A DNA stretch of 64,000 nt from Fimicolochytrium jonesii (taxonomy: Eukaryota), in NCBI RefSeq assembly GCF_025526975.1, contig NW_026515669.1:1-64000 (forward strand), given 5' to 3'. Shown here one piece after another: positions 23,537 to 34,900 of the stretch (position 1 is its first letter; every line of letters begins with the position of its first letter). A program made the position numbers and the translations under genes. The notes under the pieces are model-generated. The model was not told where the DNA came from. It did no database searches and was given only the letters and a program-made list of their open reading frames with translations.

Positions 23537-26500
23537 AGAGAGGGGTGATGTTATGGACGACACGCCCATACCATAAGCTTACCTACTGACAGCCGCCAAT
23601 GTCAACCGCCAAATGTCAAACGCCAATGTCAATGTCAATGTCAGTGTCAATGTCAGTGTCAATGTCAATGTCAATGCCACTCTCCCTCTCTCCCCTCATT
23701 TCGCCAATCCTCCCGCAATATCGCCACTCCTCCTCTCTCCTCTCATTTCGCCAATCCCCCCTCGGCTTCTCCACACCCCCCACTACTTCCCCATAGCCAG
23801 CAGCTGTAGCAATGCTCTCTACGCTCGCCACGCACGCTCTAGGAGCATAGCTGGCGCCCCCCCAGTCCCCTCTTGTTGTTGTTGTTCTCTGATCTGCTGG
23901 GTTGCCTATCTATAAATAGCCGGCCTCTCTTCGTCCATTCCCTTCCTCCCCAGCAGATCAACACCAGTTCTTCTCATCTCCTGTTCTAGTCCTTGTTTCT
24001 TGTTTCGCCAATACAATCTCTTGTCGCCTATCACTCTCGCCCTGTCTTCTCTACTTCGCTTCCGCCTCCGTCGTCGAGATCATAACAACAATACACGCTC
24101 CCCGGTGAGGCAGATCTTCTGGAACGCTATGCTTTGGTTATTCGACAAGGCCATCCCGCTAGCTCTCGATCCATCCACCCTCTTGGCTGGTGTCTCCACG
24201 GATCCGTATAAGGATGTTTTGAGACGCCTTCTGACTATGTTTGTACGCTTTCAAAAGCGTAACTACATCACCTTGACGTACTTTTTGCTTGGCTCATTGG
24301 GTATGTTGGTAATATTCCATTTCAATGCTTCAACTTGGCTAATGTATGCCTTCATGTCCAGAGTCTGGAAGGCTGCCCCCCAAGATTATTCCGCACCTAT
24401 CCAGCGAGGATATGGAGGTCTTCAACTCCGTACTCCGTAATGCAACACGACATCAGGATACTCACGACCAAGTCGCCCGGAAAGCTCTCTACCTCACGGC
24501 GACAAACGTCTCCGTCACTCACAGCCTTGCATCATTCACGAATGTACAGCAACTCGAGAGCGCGCTCGAGTTCGAACAACTCGGTCTCACAACTTACCGT
24601 CGACGTTCGGGCTCGGACAAGCGCCGTTCTGATTTTGAGCACACAGATTCTGACGCTGTGCAACAAAAGAGGCAATTCTTGACATCTTTGATGGCTTGAA
24701 GGGGAAGTTTGAGATTGCGTGCGGGCAGGGATCAAAAGACGTGGTGCTGGATGGGGATCAACCGAAAGAGCGACAAGCAGAGTCCTCCGTTGATTTCAAA
24801 GGACGTTTGGTATATGAGTTGCGCCCAGCATCTGCGGGTGGTCAAGGGAAGCGACCTGCACTCATTTTTTCCATCCCAGAGGCTCTCCTTCCACCACAAG
24901 TCTGGTGCGCATCCAAGGTACGCGGAAACACATTCATCGACATCGAAAAGTTTCAGTCACGTCCTCCGTTGGCCATGCGGGAGCCAAGGCCGGTCCGTCC
25001 CCTCAGAACACCATCGGCAACTCCAACCAACTCCCCAGCTCATGCAGCAACGCCGATTTGTCTCGTCTTGAGGGGCAATACAGTACGCAAGCTCCCTGCG
25101 GGCATGCCGTTAACTCCATCGCCATCCGATGCGTCGACACCGAAAACACCCCCTACCCAACAATCCCCGTTGGACATCCCAAACCATACGGCCTACTCCA
25201 GCCCAACCGTATCCCTACCCGCCCTTGGGGATCTTGGTCCCTGGACTTTATCAACGGTCTGCCTCCCGTGGACGGGTACGACTCCATCCTGAACGTCAAC
25301 TGTCGCCTCACCAAGATGGCCCACTTCATCGCCTGCAGCGAGTCAGAATCCGCCGAATCCACCGCCGACCTAGTCTTCCACAACATCATCCGTCTCCACG
25401 GCCTCCCCGACGACGTCATCTCTGACCGAGGACCCCAGTTTAAGTCCCGGTTCTGGCGTCGACTTCTCGAACTCCTTGGGGCAAAAGCCAACCTCTCCTC
25501 GGCCTTCCACCCCCACAGCGATGGCCAGACGGAATGCACCAACCAGATCCTGGAGCAGTATCTCCGATGCTTTTGCAACCACCAACAGGACAACTGGAAA
25601 CAGCTTCTGTCGTCCGCCGAGTTTGCCTACAACAACACCCATCAGTCCGCCTCCCAGACCACCCCCTTCTACGCCAACAAGGGTCTCCACCCCCGCTTCA
25701 GTTTCGCGGCCTCTGCTACCTCCGAATCCGTCAACCCCGCCGCTGAAGCCCACGCTAAACAAATCAGGGAAGTCCATGAACAGCTCGCCCTCGAGCTCAA
25801 GGAAGCCCAAGATCAAATGAAGCACTACGCCGACGCCAAACGAATTCCTGGACCGGACTTCGAGCCTGGCGACCACGTCTGGCTCCTCCGCAAAAACCTC
25901 CAGACAACCCGGCCCTCTCAGAAACTCGACCATCGCAAGATTGGGCCATTCCCCATCGTTGAAAAAATCAATCCCGTCGCCTACCGGCTCAAGCTCCCGC
26001 CTACGAACAAAATCCACGATGTCTTCCATGTCTCGCTCCTCGAACCCCGCTTCACCATCCCCGAACGACACGAACCCGAACCCGCGCCCCCAGAGACCGT
26101 TGAGGGTCAAGAAGAGTGGATTGTCAAAGCCATCCTTGACTCCCGCATCCATCGTCGTCGCCTTCAGTACTTGGTCAAATGGCAGGGCTGGCCTGACTCT
26201 GAGAACACCTGGGAGCCCGTGGAACACCTCACCCATACCGATGCACTCCTCCAGGACTTCCACAGCGCGTACCCCAACAAGCCTTCCTCTGTCCCTGTAG
26301 CGCCTCCTCTGCGGCCACACCAAACTCGGCACCGCCGCCGCCGCCGCTAAAGAGAGGGGTGATGTTATGGACGACACGCCCATACCATAAGCTTACCTAC
26401 TGACAGCCGCCAATGTCAACCGCCAAATGTCAAACGCCAATGTCAATGTCAATGTCAGTGTCAATGTCAGTGTCAATGTCAATGTCAATGCCACTCTCCC

Positions 26501-29500
26501 TCTCTCCCCTCATTTCGCCAATCCTCCCGCAATATCGCCACTCCTCCTCTCTCCTCTCATTTCGCCAATCCCCCCTTGGCTTCTCCACACCCCCCACTAC
26601 TTCCCCATAGCCAGCAGCTGTAGCAATGCTCTCTACGCTCGCCACGCACGCTCTAGGAGCATAGCTGGCGCCCCCCCAGTCCCCTCTTGTTGTTGTTGTT
26701 CTCTGATCTGCTGGGTTGCCTATCTATAAATAGCCGGCCTCTCTTCGTCCATTCCCTTCCTCCCCAGCAGATCAACACCAGTTCTTCTCATCTCCTGTTC
26801 TAGTCCTTGTTTCTTGTTTCGCCAATACAATCTCTTGTCGCCTATCACTCTCGCCCTGTCTTCTCTACTTCGCTTCCGCCTCCGTCGTCGAGATCATAAG
26901 AACAATACACGCTCCCCGGTGAGGCAGATCTTCTGGAACGCTATGCTTTGGTTATTCGACGAGGCCATCCCGCTAGCTCTCGATCCATCCACCCTCTTGG
27001 CTGGTGTCTCCACGGATCCGTATAAGGATGTTTTGAGACGCCTTCTGACTATGTTTGTACGCTTTCAAAAGCGTAACTACATCACCTTGACGTACTTTTT
27101 GCTTGGCTCATTGGGTATGTTGGTAATATTCCATTTCAATGCTTCAACTTGGCTAATGTATGCCTTCATGTCCAGAGTCTGGAAGGCTGCCCCCCAAGAT
27201 TATTCCGCACCTATCCAGCGAGGATATGGAGGTCTTCAACTCCGTACTCCGTAATGCAACACGACATCAGGATACTCACGACCAAGTCGCCCGGAAAGCT
27301 CTCTACCTCACGGCGACAAACGTCTCCGTCACTCACAGCCTTGCATCATTCACGAATGTACAGCAACTCGAGAGCGCGCTCGAGTTCGAACAACTCGGTC
27401 TCACAACTTACCGTCGACGTTCGGGCTCGGACAAGCGCCGTTCTGATTTTGAGCACACAGATTCTGACGCTGTGCAACAAAAGAGGCAATTCTTGACATC
27501 TTTGATGGCTTGAAGGGGAAGTTTGAGATTGCGTGCGGGCAGGGATCAAAAGACGTGGTGCTGGATGGGGATCAACCGAAAGAGCGACAAGCAGAGTCCT
27601 CCGTTGATTTCAAAGGACGTTTGGTATATGAGTTGCGCCCAGCATCTGCGGGTGGTCAAGGGAAGCGACCTGCACTCATTTTTTCCATCCCAGAGGCTCT
27701 CCTTCCACCACAAGTCTGGTGCGCATCCAAGGTACGCGGAAACACATTCATCGACATCGAAAAGTTTCAGTCACGTCCTCCGTTGGCCATGCGGGAGCCA
27801 AGGCCGGTCCGTCCCCTCAGAACACCATCGGCAACTCCAACCAACTCCCCAGCTCATGCAGCAACGCCGATTTGTCTCGTCTTGAGGGGCAATACAGTAC
27901 GCAAGCTCCCTGCGGGCATGCCGTTAACTCCATCGCCATCCGATGCGTCGACACCGAAAACACCCCCTACCCAACAATCCCCGTTGGACATCCCAAACCA
28001 TACGGCCTACTCCAGCCCAACCGTATCCCTACCCGCCCTTGGGGATCTTGGTCCCTGGACTTTATCAACGGTCTGCCTCCCGTGGACGGGTACGACTCCA
28101 TCCTGAACGTCAACTGTCGCCTCACCAAGATGGCCCACTTCATCGCCTGCAGCGAGTCAGAATCCGCCGAATCCACCGCCGACCTAGTCTTCCACAACAT
28201 CATCCGTCTCCACGGCCTCCCCGACGACGTCATCTCTGACCGAGGACCCCAGTTTAAGTCCCGGTTCTGGCGTCGACTTCTCGAACTCCTTGGGGCAAAA
28301 GCCAACCTCTCCTCGGCCTTCCACCCCCACAGCGATGGCCAGACGGAATGCACCAACCAGATCCTGGAGCAGTATCTCCGATGCTTTTGCAACCACCAAC
28401 AGGACAACTGGAAACAGCTTCTGTCGTCCGCCGAGTTTGCCTACAACAACACCCATCAGTCCGCCTCCCAGACCACCCCCTTCTACGCCAACAAGGGTCT
28501 CCACCCCCGCTTCAGTTTCGCGGCCTCTGCTACCTCCGAATCCGTCAACCCCGCCGCTGAAGCCCACGCTAAACAAATCAGGGAAGTCCATGAACAGCTC
28601 GCCCTCGAGCTCAAGGAAGCCCAAGATCAAATGAAGCACTACGCCGACGCCAAACGAATTCCTGGACCGGACTTCGAGCCTGGCGACCACGTCTGGCTCC
28701 TCCGCAAAAACCTCCAGACAACCCGGCCCTCTCAGAAACTCGACCATCGCAAGATTGGGCCATTCCCCATCGTTGAAAAAATCAATCCCGTCGCCTACCG
28801 GCTCAAGCTCCCGCCTACGAACAAAATCCACGATGTCTTCCATGTCTCGCTCCTCGAACCCCGCTTCACCATCCCCGAACGACACGAACCCGAACCCGCG
28901 CCCCCAGAGACCGTTGAGGGTCAAGAAGAGTGGATTGTCAAAGCCATCCTTGACTCCCGCATCCATCGTCGTCGCCTTCAGTACTTGGTCAAATGGCAGG
29001 GCTGGCCTGACTCTGAGAACACCTGGGAGCCCGTGGAACACCTCACCCATACCGATGCACTCCTCCAGGACTTCCACAGCGCGTACCCCAACAAGCCTTC
29101 CTCTGTCCCTGTAGCGCCTCCTCTGCGGCCACACCAAACTCGGCACCGCCGCCGCCGCCGCTAAAGAGAGGGGTGATGTTATGGACGACACGCCCATACC
29201 ATAAGCTTACCTACTGACAGCCGCCAATGTCAACCGCCAAATGTCAAACGCCAATGTCAATGTCAATGTCAGTGTCAATGTCAGTGTCAATGTCAATGTC
29301 AATGCCACTCTCCCTCTCTCCCCTCATTTCGCCAATCCTCCCGCAATATCGCCACTCCTCCTCTCTCCTCTCATTTCGCCAATCCCCCCTCGGCTTCTCC
29401 ACACCCCCCACTACTTCCCCATAGCCAGCAGCTGTAGCAATGCTCTCTACGCTCGCCACGCACGCTCTAGGAGCATAGCTGGCGCCCCCCCAGTCCCCTC

Positions 29501-30807
29501 TTGTTGTTGTTGTTCTCTGATCTGCTGGGTTGCCTATCTATAAATAGCCGGCCTCTCTTCGTCCATTCCCTTCCTCCCCAGCAGATCAACACCAGTTCTT
29601 CTCATCTCCTGTTCTAGTCCTTGTTTCTTGTTTCGCCAATACAATCTCTTGTCGCCTATCACTCTCGCCCTGTCTTCTCTACTTCGCTTCCGCCTCCGTC
29701 GTCGAGATCATAACAACAATACACGCTCCCCGGTGAGGCAGATCTTCTGGAACGCTATGCTTTGGTTATTCGACGAGGCCATCCCGCTAGCTCTCGATCC
29801 ATCCACCCTCTTGGCTGGTGTCTCCACGGATCCGTATAAGGATGTTTTGAGACGCCTTCTGACTATGTTTGTACGCTTTCAAAAGCGTAACTACATCACC
29901 TTGACGTACTTTTTGCTTGGCTCATTGGGTATGTTGGTAATATTCCATTTCAATGCTTCAACTTGGCTAATGTATGCCTTCATGTCCAGAGTCTGGAAGG
30001 CTGCCCCCCAAGATTATTCCGCACCTATCCAGCGAGGATATGGAGGTCTTCAACTCCGTACTCCGTAATGCAACACGACATCAGGATACTCACGACCAAG
30101 TCGCCCGGAAAGCTCTCTACCTCACGGCGACAAACGTCTCCGTCACTCACAGCCTTGCATCATTCACGAATGTACAGCAACTCGAGAGCGCGCTCGAGTT
30201 CGAACAACTCGGTCTCACAACTTACCGTCGACGTTCGGGCTCGGACAAGCGCCGTTCTGATTTTGAGCACACAGATTCTGACGCTGTGCAACAAAAGAGG
30301 CAATTCTTGACATCTTTGATGGCTTGAAGAGGAAGTTTGAGATTGCGTGCGGGCAGGGATCAAAAGACGTGGTGCTGGATGGGGATCAACCGAAAGAGCG
30401 ACAAGCAGAGTCCTCCGTTGATTTCAAAGGACGTTTGGTATATGAGTTGCGCCCAGCATCTGCGGGTGGTCAAGGGAAGCGACCTGCACTCATTGTTTCC
30501 ATCCCAGAGGCTCTCCTTCCACCACAAGTCTGGTGCGCATCCAAGGTACGCGGAAACACATTCATCGACATCGAAAAGTTTCAGTCACGTCCTCCGTTGG
30601 CCATGCGGGAGCCAAGGCCGGTCCGTCCCCTCAGAACACCATCGGCAACTCCAACCAACTCCCCAGCTCATGCAGCAACGCCGATTCGTCTCGTCTTGAG
30701 GGGCAATACAGTACGCACGCTCCCTGCGGGCATGCCGTTAACTCCATCGCCATCCGATGCGTCGACACCGAAAACACCCCCTACCCAACAATCCCCGTTG
30801 GACATCC
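22366..30807. repeat. Tandem triplication of a 2814-bp unit (integrase 3' part + LTR + transposase 3' part)
   Basis: Units 22366-25179, 25180-27993 and 27994-30807; junction ..ttggacatcc|caaaccatacgg.. occurs twice. Confidence 0.95.
23549..24087 (+). repeat. 3' LTR of element A (further copies at 26363-26901 and 29177-29715)
   Basis: Near-identical to 12027-12565; two differences spotted. Confidence 0.97.
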
Positions 30808-31259
30808 ATCCTGCCAACAGGCCACGAGGCAGCCGCCCGCCGCTTTCTGAGGATAGCAAACTTCCCACGCTGCAGTTCGTGGGTGCAAAGACTTCCGAAA
30901 ACAACGCAGGGGAATGCTCGAACTGTGTCGCCCTTCTGGAACACATTGGAGTACAATCTCTCCAATGGCTGCAAGGAAATTTAGGGGGCAAGGGCCGCAG
31001 GGTGGCAGAGCAACATGTAGCAAAAGACAAGGAAAATGTCCCCCCCCCCTTTAGATAGGTCAGCAGCCCCTTAACATAGTCAAAAACGCTTTTTTCACGT
31101 CTTCGTCAATCGTGTTTTTATTAGAAGAAGTTTACGTACCTTTCCCATGTACCGCTGCGACGGTTACCCCTTTTGTATTGCACCCAACTTCACAAGTTTC
31201 ATTACAATCATATGCATATTAACGGCGGCCCAACCATGCTACACAAGTTTTGAGTTCAA

Positions 31260-31410
31260 CGATTTTGCCCAAAAAATCAGATCGTCTATGGAGAAGTCAC
31301 AAATGCACATATGAAAGGTGCCTCAAATTTCGCTGGGAGTCAGAATCATAAGCCAAAAAGGGCTCCCAAGCATTTGATTGCAAGTTAATATGTACGTTAT
31401 GAAATGGCTA
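31260..31410. mobile_element. Candidate right terminus of the Academ-like element
   Basis: AT-rich non-coding stretch after the transposase ends ..GAAATGGCTA (5'-TAGCCATTTC on the minus strand). No partner terminus found in the window. Confidence 0.3.
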
Positions 31411-31957
31411 GCTGGCGGGGTTTGACGGCAAAAGGGAAACCCAGAGGGAGCATCGACTGACAGCACTCGCGACGCGCTCTGGGTGGCTATGCTGGGTTGC
31501 CCTGAGCAGATCTTAGAACAAAACAGGCTAAGCGCACACCCTGTTCACAACATTGCACTCTCATTTTGCATCAACAATTGACCTAATTCATCGCTCTCGA
31601 CACAGGTACGTCAAAATCTGGTCTCCAGGGTGATTTCTGTCGTAAGAACGGAAAGGGGATTCACCGGGAGCCGCTCTCGCGAGCGGCAACCGGTTTGGGT
31701 TTTCACCCAGCGCATCTAGCCGCAGAAAACCAGGAGACCTTGAATTCTGCTTCCGATGCCTCTAAGTCCTCCCCGCCGGCCCCATCGGTTTTATCCGTTA
31801 TCTCTACCACAATCTACCCTAGCATCGTCGATCCTGGTTTTTAGCCAGTGTATGCGGACCTGATGGTGTGGCATCAACTGAATTTATGAAGTCTTATACC
31901 AAGAAAATGTGACGGGGCAGAGACATTGAATGGGAAACCGTCCAGTCTTTCCACCAA

Positions 31958-34900
31958 CTACGGCTGGAGACTGGCTGTCGCCGCTACGGTAGATTTAGGG
32001 CCGATCGCCTTTGCACCGGCCTTCAAGGCGGTCATCCAAGCATCTTTGTGCTCTTTGTCTCCAAATCTGAGTTTGATATGCTCACCATCTTGCGTGGCAA
32101 GAGAGATGGTGGTATCGTTGACTGTTTTCACACTGTTTTGCTGATACACATAGTAATTTGACGTGCTTTGTCGATACTAAAGAGGGGAGGAGAGGGTTAG
32201 TAGGGAGCGCGTTCGCGATGATGTGCAGAATCCCATAGATGTCATACCTTCCGTAAAATGATAGCCCCTTCGTTAGCAAGATAAAACAACGAATGTGCTG
32301 AAAATGCGCCAAGAATCCCGGTGCCAATTTGAGCTTGAACCAGCGTGACCTGCACGGAAATAACCTATCAACGCCCACTTGTCAACGAAAGCAAAGCTGC
32401 ATGAAGTCTTACCGATAAACACATGCATTTCTCCATTTGCTGCTCGTGCGAAATGCTTTCAACGCCAAAGGAGTTTGTTTGGTTGCTGTCCTCCAAATCG
32501 TTGGCTGAAGGTTTATGGGATGGGCTCCTATTCCTGGATTGTGTCCCTGAATCGGCATCTTCTTTATTGTCGCGCGTTTCCAAAGCCCTGATAGCGATGA
32601 GCTTCGGGATGAAAAGCTGGGTGGATACGAAGACGGAGCCAAAAATGAGCAGGAATGCAACGAAGAGGCTGCGGACTTGAAATCCAAACAGTTCGACTGC
32701 GTAGTTCATCGGTAGAAGGATGACTGAAACCAGCATAAGGGTGTAGATGCAGCTAATGATATGCTGAGATTCGTTGAAGGCCGATTTCACATTGCGCACT
32801 TGAACCGCGGAATAAATGCCGAGAAGCAACCAAAGACTGTTGTACACAATCAGAGTTGTCGAGAAAGCTTGAGCAGTAGAAGAATCATTCGAAGTGCAAC
32901 CCCCTAAAAAGGAAGATGCGAGTTGGCAAAGCTTCCCTGAGAAGTATATACGGACAGCACGGACATACAGTACAATGAACCGCCAACATCCGTTAGCAGT
33001 TGCGGCCGAGGTTTGTCCTGTGCGAACCAGGCTATCAAAATGATCTATAGCAATTGATCAGTTCTTCCTCCAAGCGGACCTTTGACAAGCCATTCGTACC
33101 CAATCAACTGCGACCGCTGCTCCAGAGACTGCGAAGAGGAACCTGTCTCGCAGGGCCCAGCGAAACCGCTTGGCGGTGAAAGGAAAGTTGCTATACCGGA
33201 AGTATAAGCTTGGTTAACAATGCAATGGGACACAGGTGTCGGAATCATGAAAATGTAGACTTACAATAAGATGTGAACACGTAGCGTCTTAATCACGAGG
33301 CTCCTACAGCATACAAAGCATTAAGCTATTAGTCGACAGGCTGCGTCAAGGCAATGGTTTGTTGAGGAGTTTTCTCACCCGATCGCGATTGTGAACCCAA
33401 CAGCAACGAACAAAGGCTGCAGAATGCACGTAGTGGCATTTGGAATGTCGATGTAGGTGTATACGTCCAACAGTCCAAGAATGCTTCCGAAGATAATTTG
33501 AAAAGAGAACCCAGGGCTGGTGGCCCGAATTATCTTGCTCTTTCTGTATGTGATGACCGCTATGGCCAAGACACACACGTATGCCAATGCCACCGTGTTG
33601 ATAGCGGCGACCACTCCGCCGAGGCCAGACTTCCAGACAAAGTTCGAGTAGCGCACACACTGATTCTGGAATCCGCTGCCTAGCATATACTGGCCGTGTG
33701 GACAGTCTTCGCAATGGTTTGTTTCAAGGTTCAAGGAAGTTCCAGGAGGACATTTGACGTGTATAGGCACGGTAGCTTGCTTGGATGCCGTGTCCAATCC
33801 GTCGGAAACGAGATAAGTAATTTGTGATGCCGGCTTCCCGCCTTCATACTCGTTGGGATTGTAAAAGGTAAGCTCAGTGCCCGCGAGAAATTCATCCCCA
33901 GCAGCTACAGCCTTGCCGCTACTCGTGTAGAATGCGCCTGGTTCCGGAACAGTGACAATTTTGATCGTCAGGACGTCACCATCAGGATCGAAAGCCGTTA
34001 AGGACACGGTAGTGTTGATGCCTGGCTCTACCAGAAGTGGGGCCAAATACCCTCCGACGGGAGCATTGGACAGGTACAGCGCCGGTAGTGCCGCGGCTTT
34101 CTGTGTGCTCCCATCCTTGTCCCAGCAATCTGCCTGAGGCACTTCTGTCGCTGTGCATTGCCCGGCACCCAGTGGGCAATAAGGAAGCTTATTGGGAACA
34201 CATCCACCTGGGACAAGGTCGTTTTTGAAAGGACTTGAATCCTTGAGATACCGGTTTGGCGAATAAGGCTGTTGGAACGCTATGGCATCGGCATACTGAT
34301 CAAAGTTCCTGAAACCAAAACCATTTTGATTATCACGAGCACCCACAGAACTATTCGACTGTTTCCATACCAGTAGCCTTTGAGTCCCTGTTCGGTTCCC
34401 GTCAGACTGGTGTGCATGTCGGCTTGGATTTCATTCCGGCTTCGCGCGTAATTGAAGACTCTAAACTCGTCAAGGAACCCCTTCGGAGAAGCACGCGTTA
34501 AGATAGCTGGACCTTCCGCAGGACACCGTCGTTTCCGGCACTCACTTTATAGTAGTGGTAATTTCCCCAGAATGGCCTATTGCATGTTTTTTTAAAAGAT
34601 GTTGGGAGGCATTGTTTGAAATATTCTTTATGCCTCTCACGTACCAATGACACAAGTACAACCCGTCCCGCTTCCCGAAAAACGGCACATTCGCGATCTG
34701 TCCAAGAAGTTCGCCGCTACAAAAATGCCAACCTCAGAGTCTGAATCACGTGGATTGAGCGTTGCCTATATGATACTCACTTCAGATACACCCGCAATGT
34801 TGTGTTAGTTGAAACGATTGCCATGTGTTTCCTGAAAAAAGAGTTCGGAAGCTACGTGGGTATATTTTCCGAACCTCTTGATCCGGGTATACGTTGGGAA

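Larger units (their letters stand above)
12027..24087 (+). mobile_element. Ty3/Gypsy chromovirus LTR retrotransposon A
   Basis: 539-bp TG..CA LTRs; TSD ACAAT (12022-12026 and 24088-24092); polypurine tract AAAGAGAGGGG before 23549; gag-PR-RT-RH-IN-chromodomain order. Confidence 0.97.
10071..31058 (+). pseudogene. Spliced Academ/DUF6589-like DDE transposase, interrupted by LTR element A, 3' part triplicated
   Basis: GT-AG introns at 10902-10971, 11462-11518 and 11823-11879. The frame continues across the ACAAT TSD (..QEWVDN|TRSPVRQIFW..). Motif order: N-terminal CxxC pairs, VDDYN..AHTT, VGDFYVWK, IMPDALH, FVRFQKRNY, EDMEVFNSVLR, matching the D-GD-H-NY-DxxExxN pattern I recall for Academ-type transposases. 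Frameshifts near 11200-11230 and ~30315. Confidence 0.6.

Noticed and set aside
22556..29197. 337-aa antisense ORFs over the integrase
   Set aside because: Shadow of codon bias on the coding strand; no domain signal.
26363..29715. Extra LTRs as independent insertions or solo LTRs
   Set aside because: They share identical flanks and belong to the 2814-bp tandem unit.
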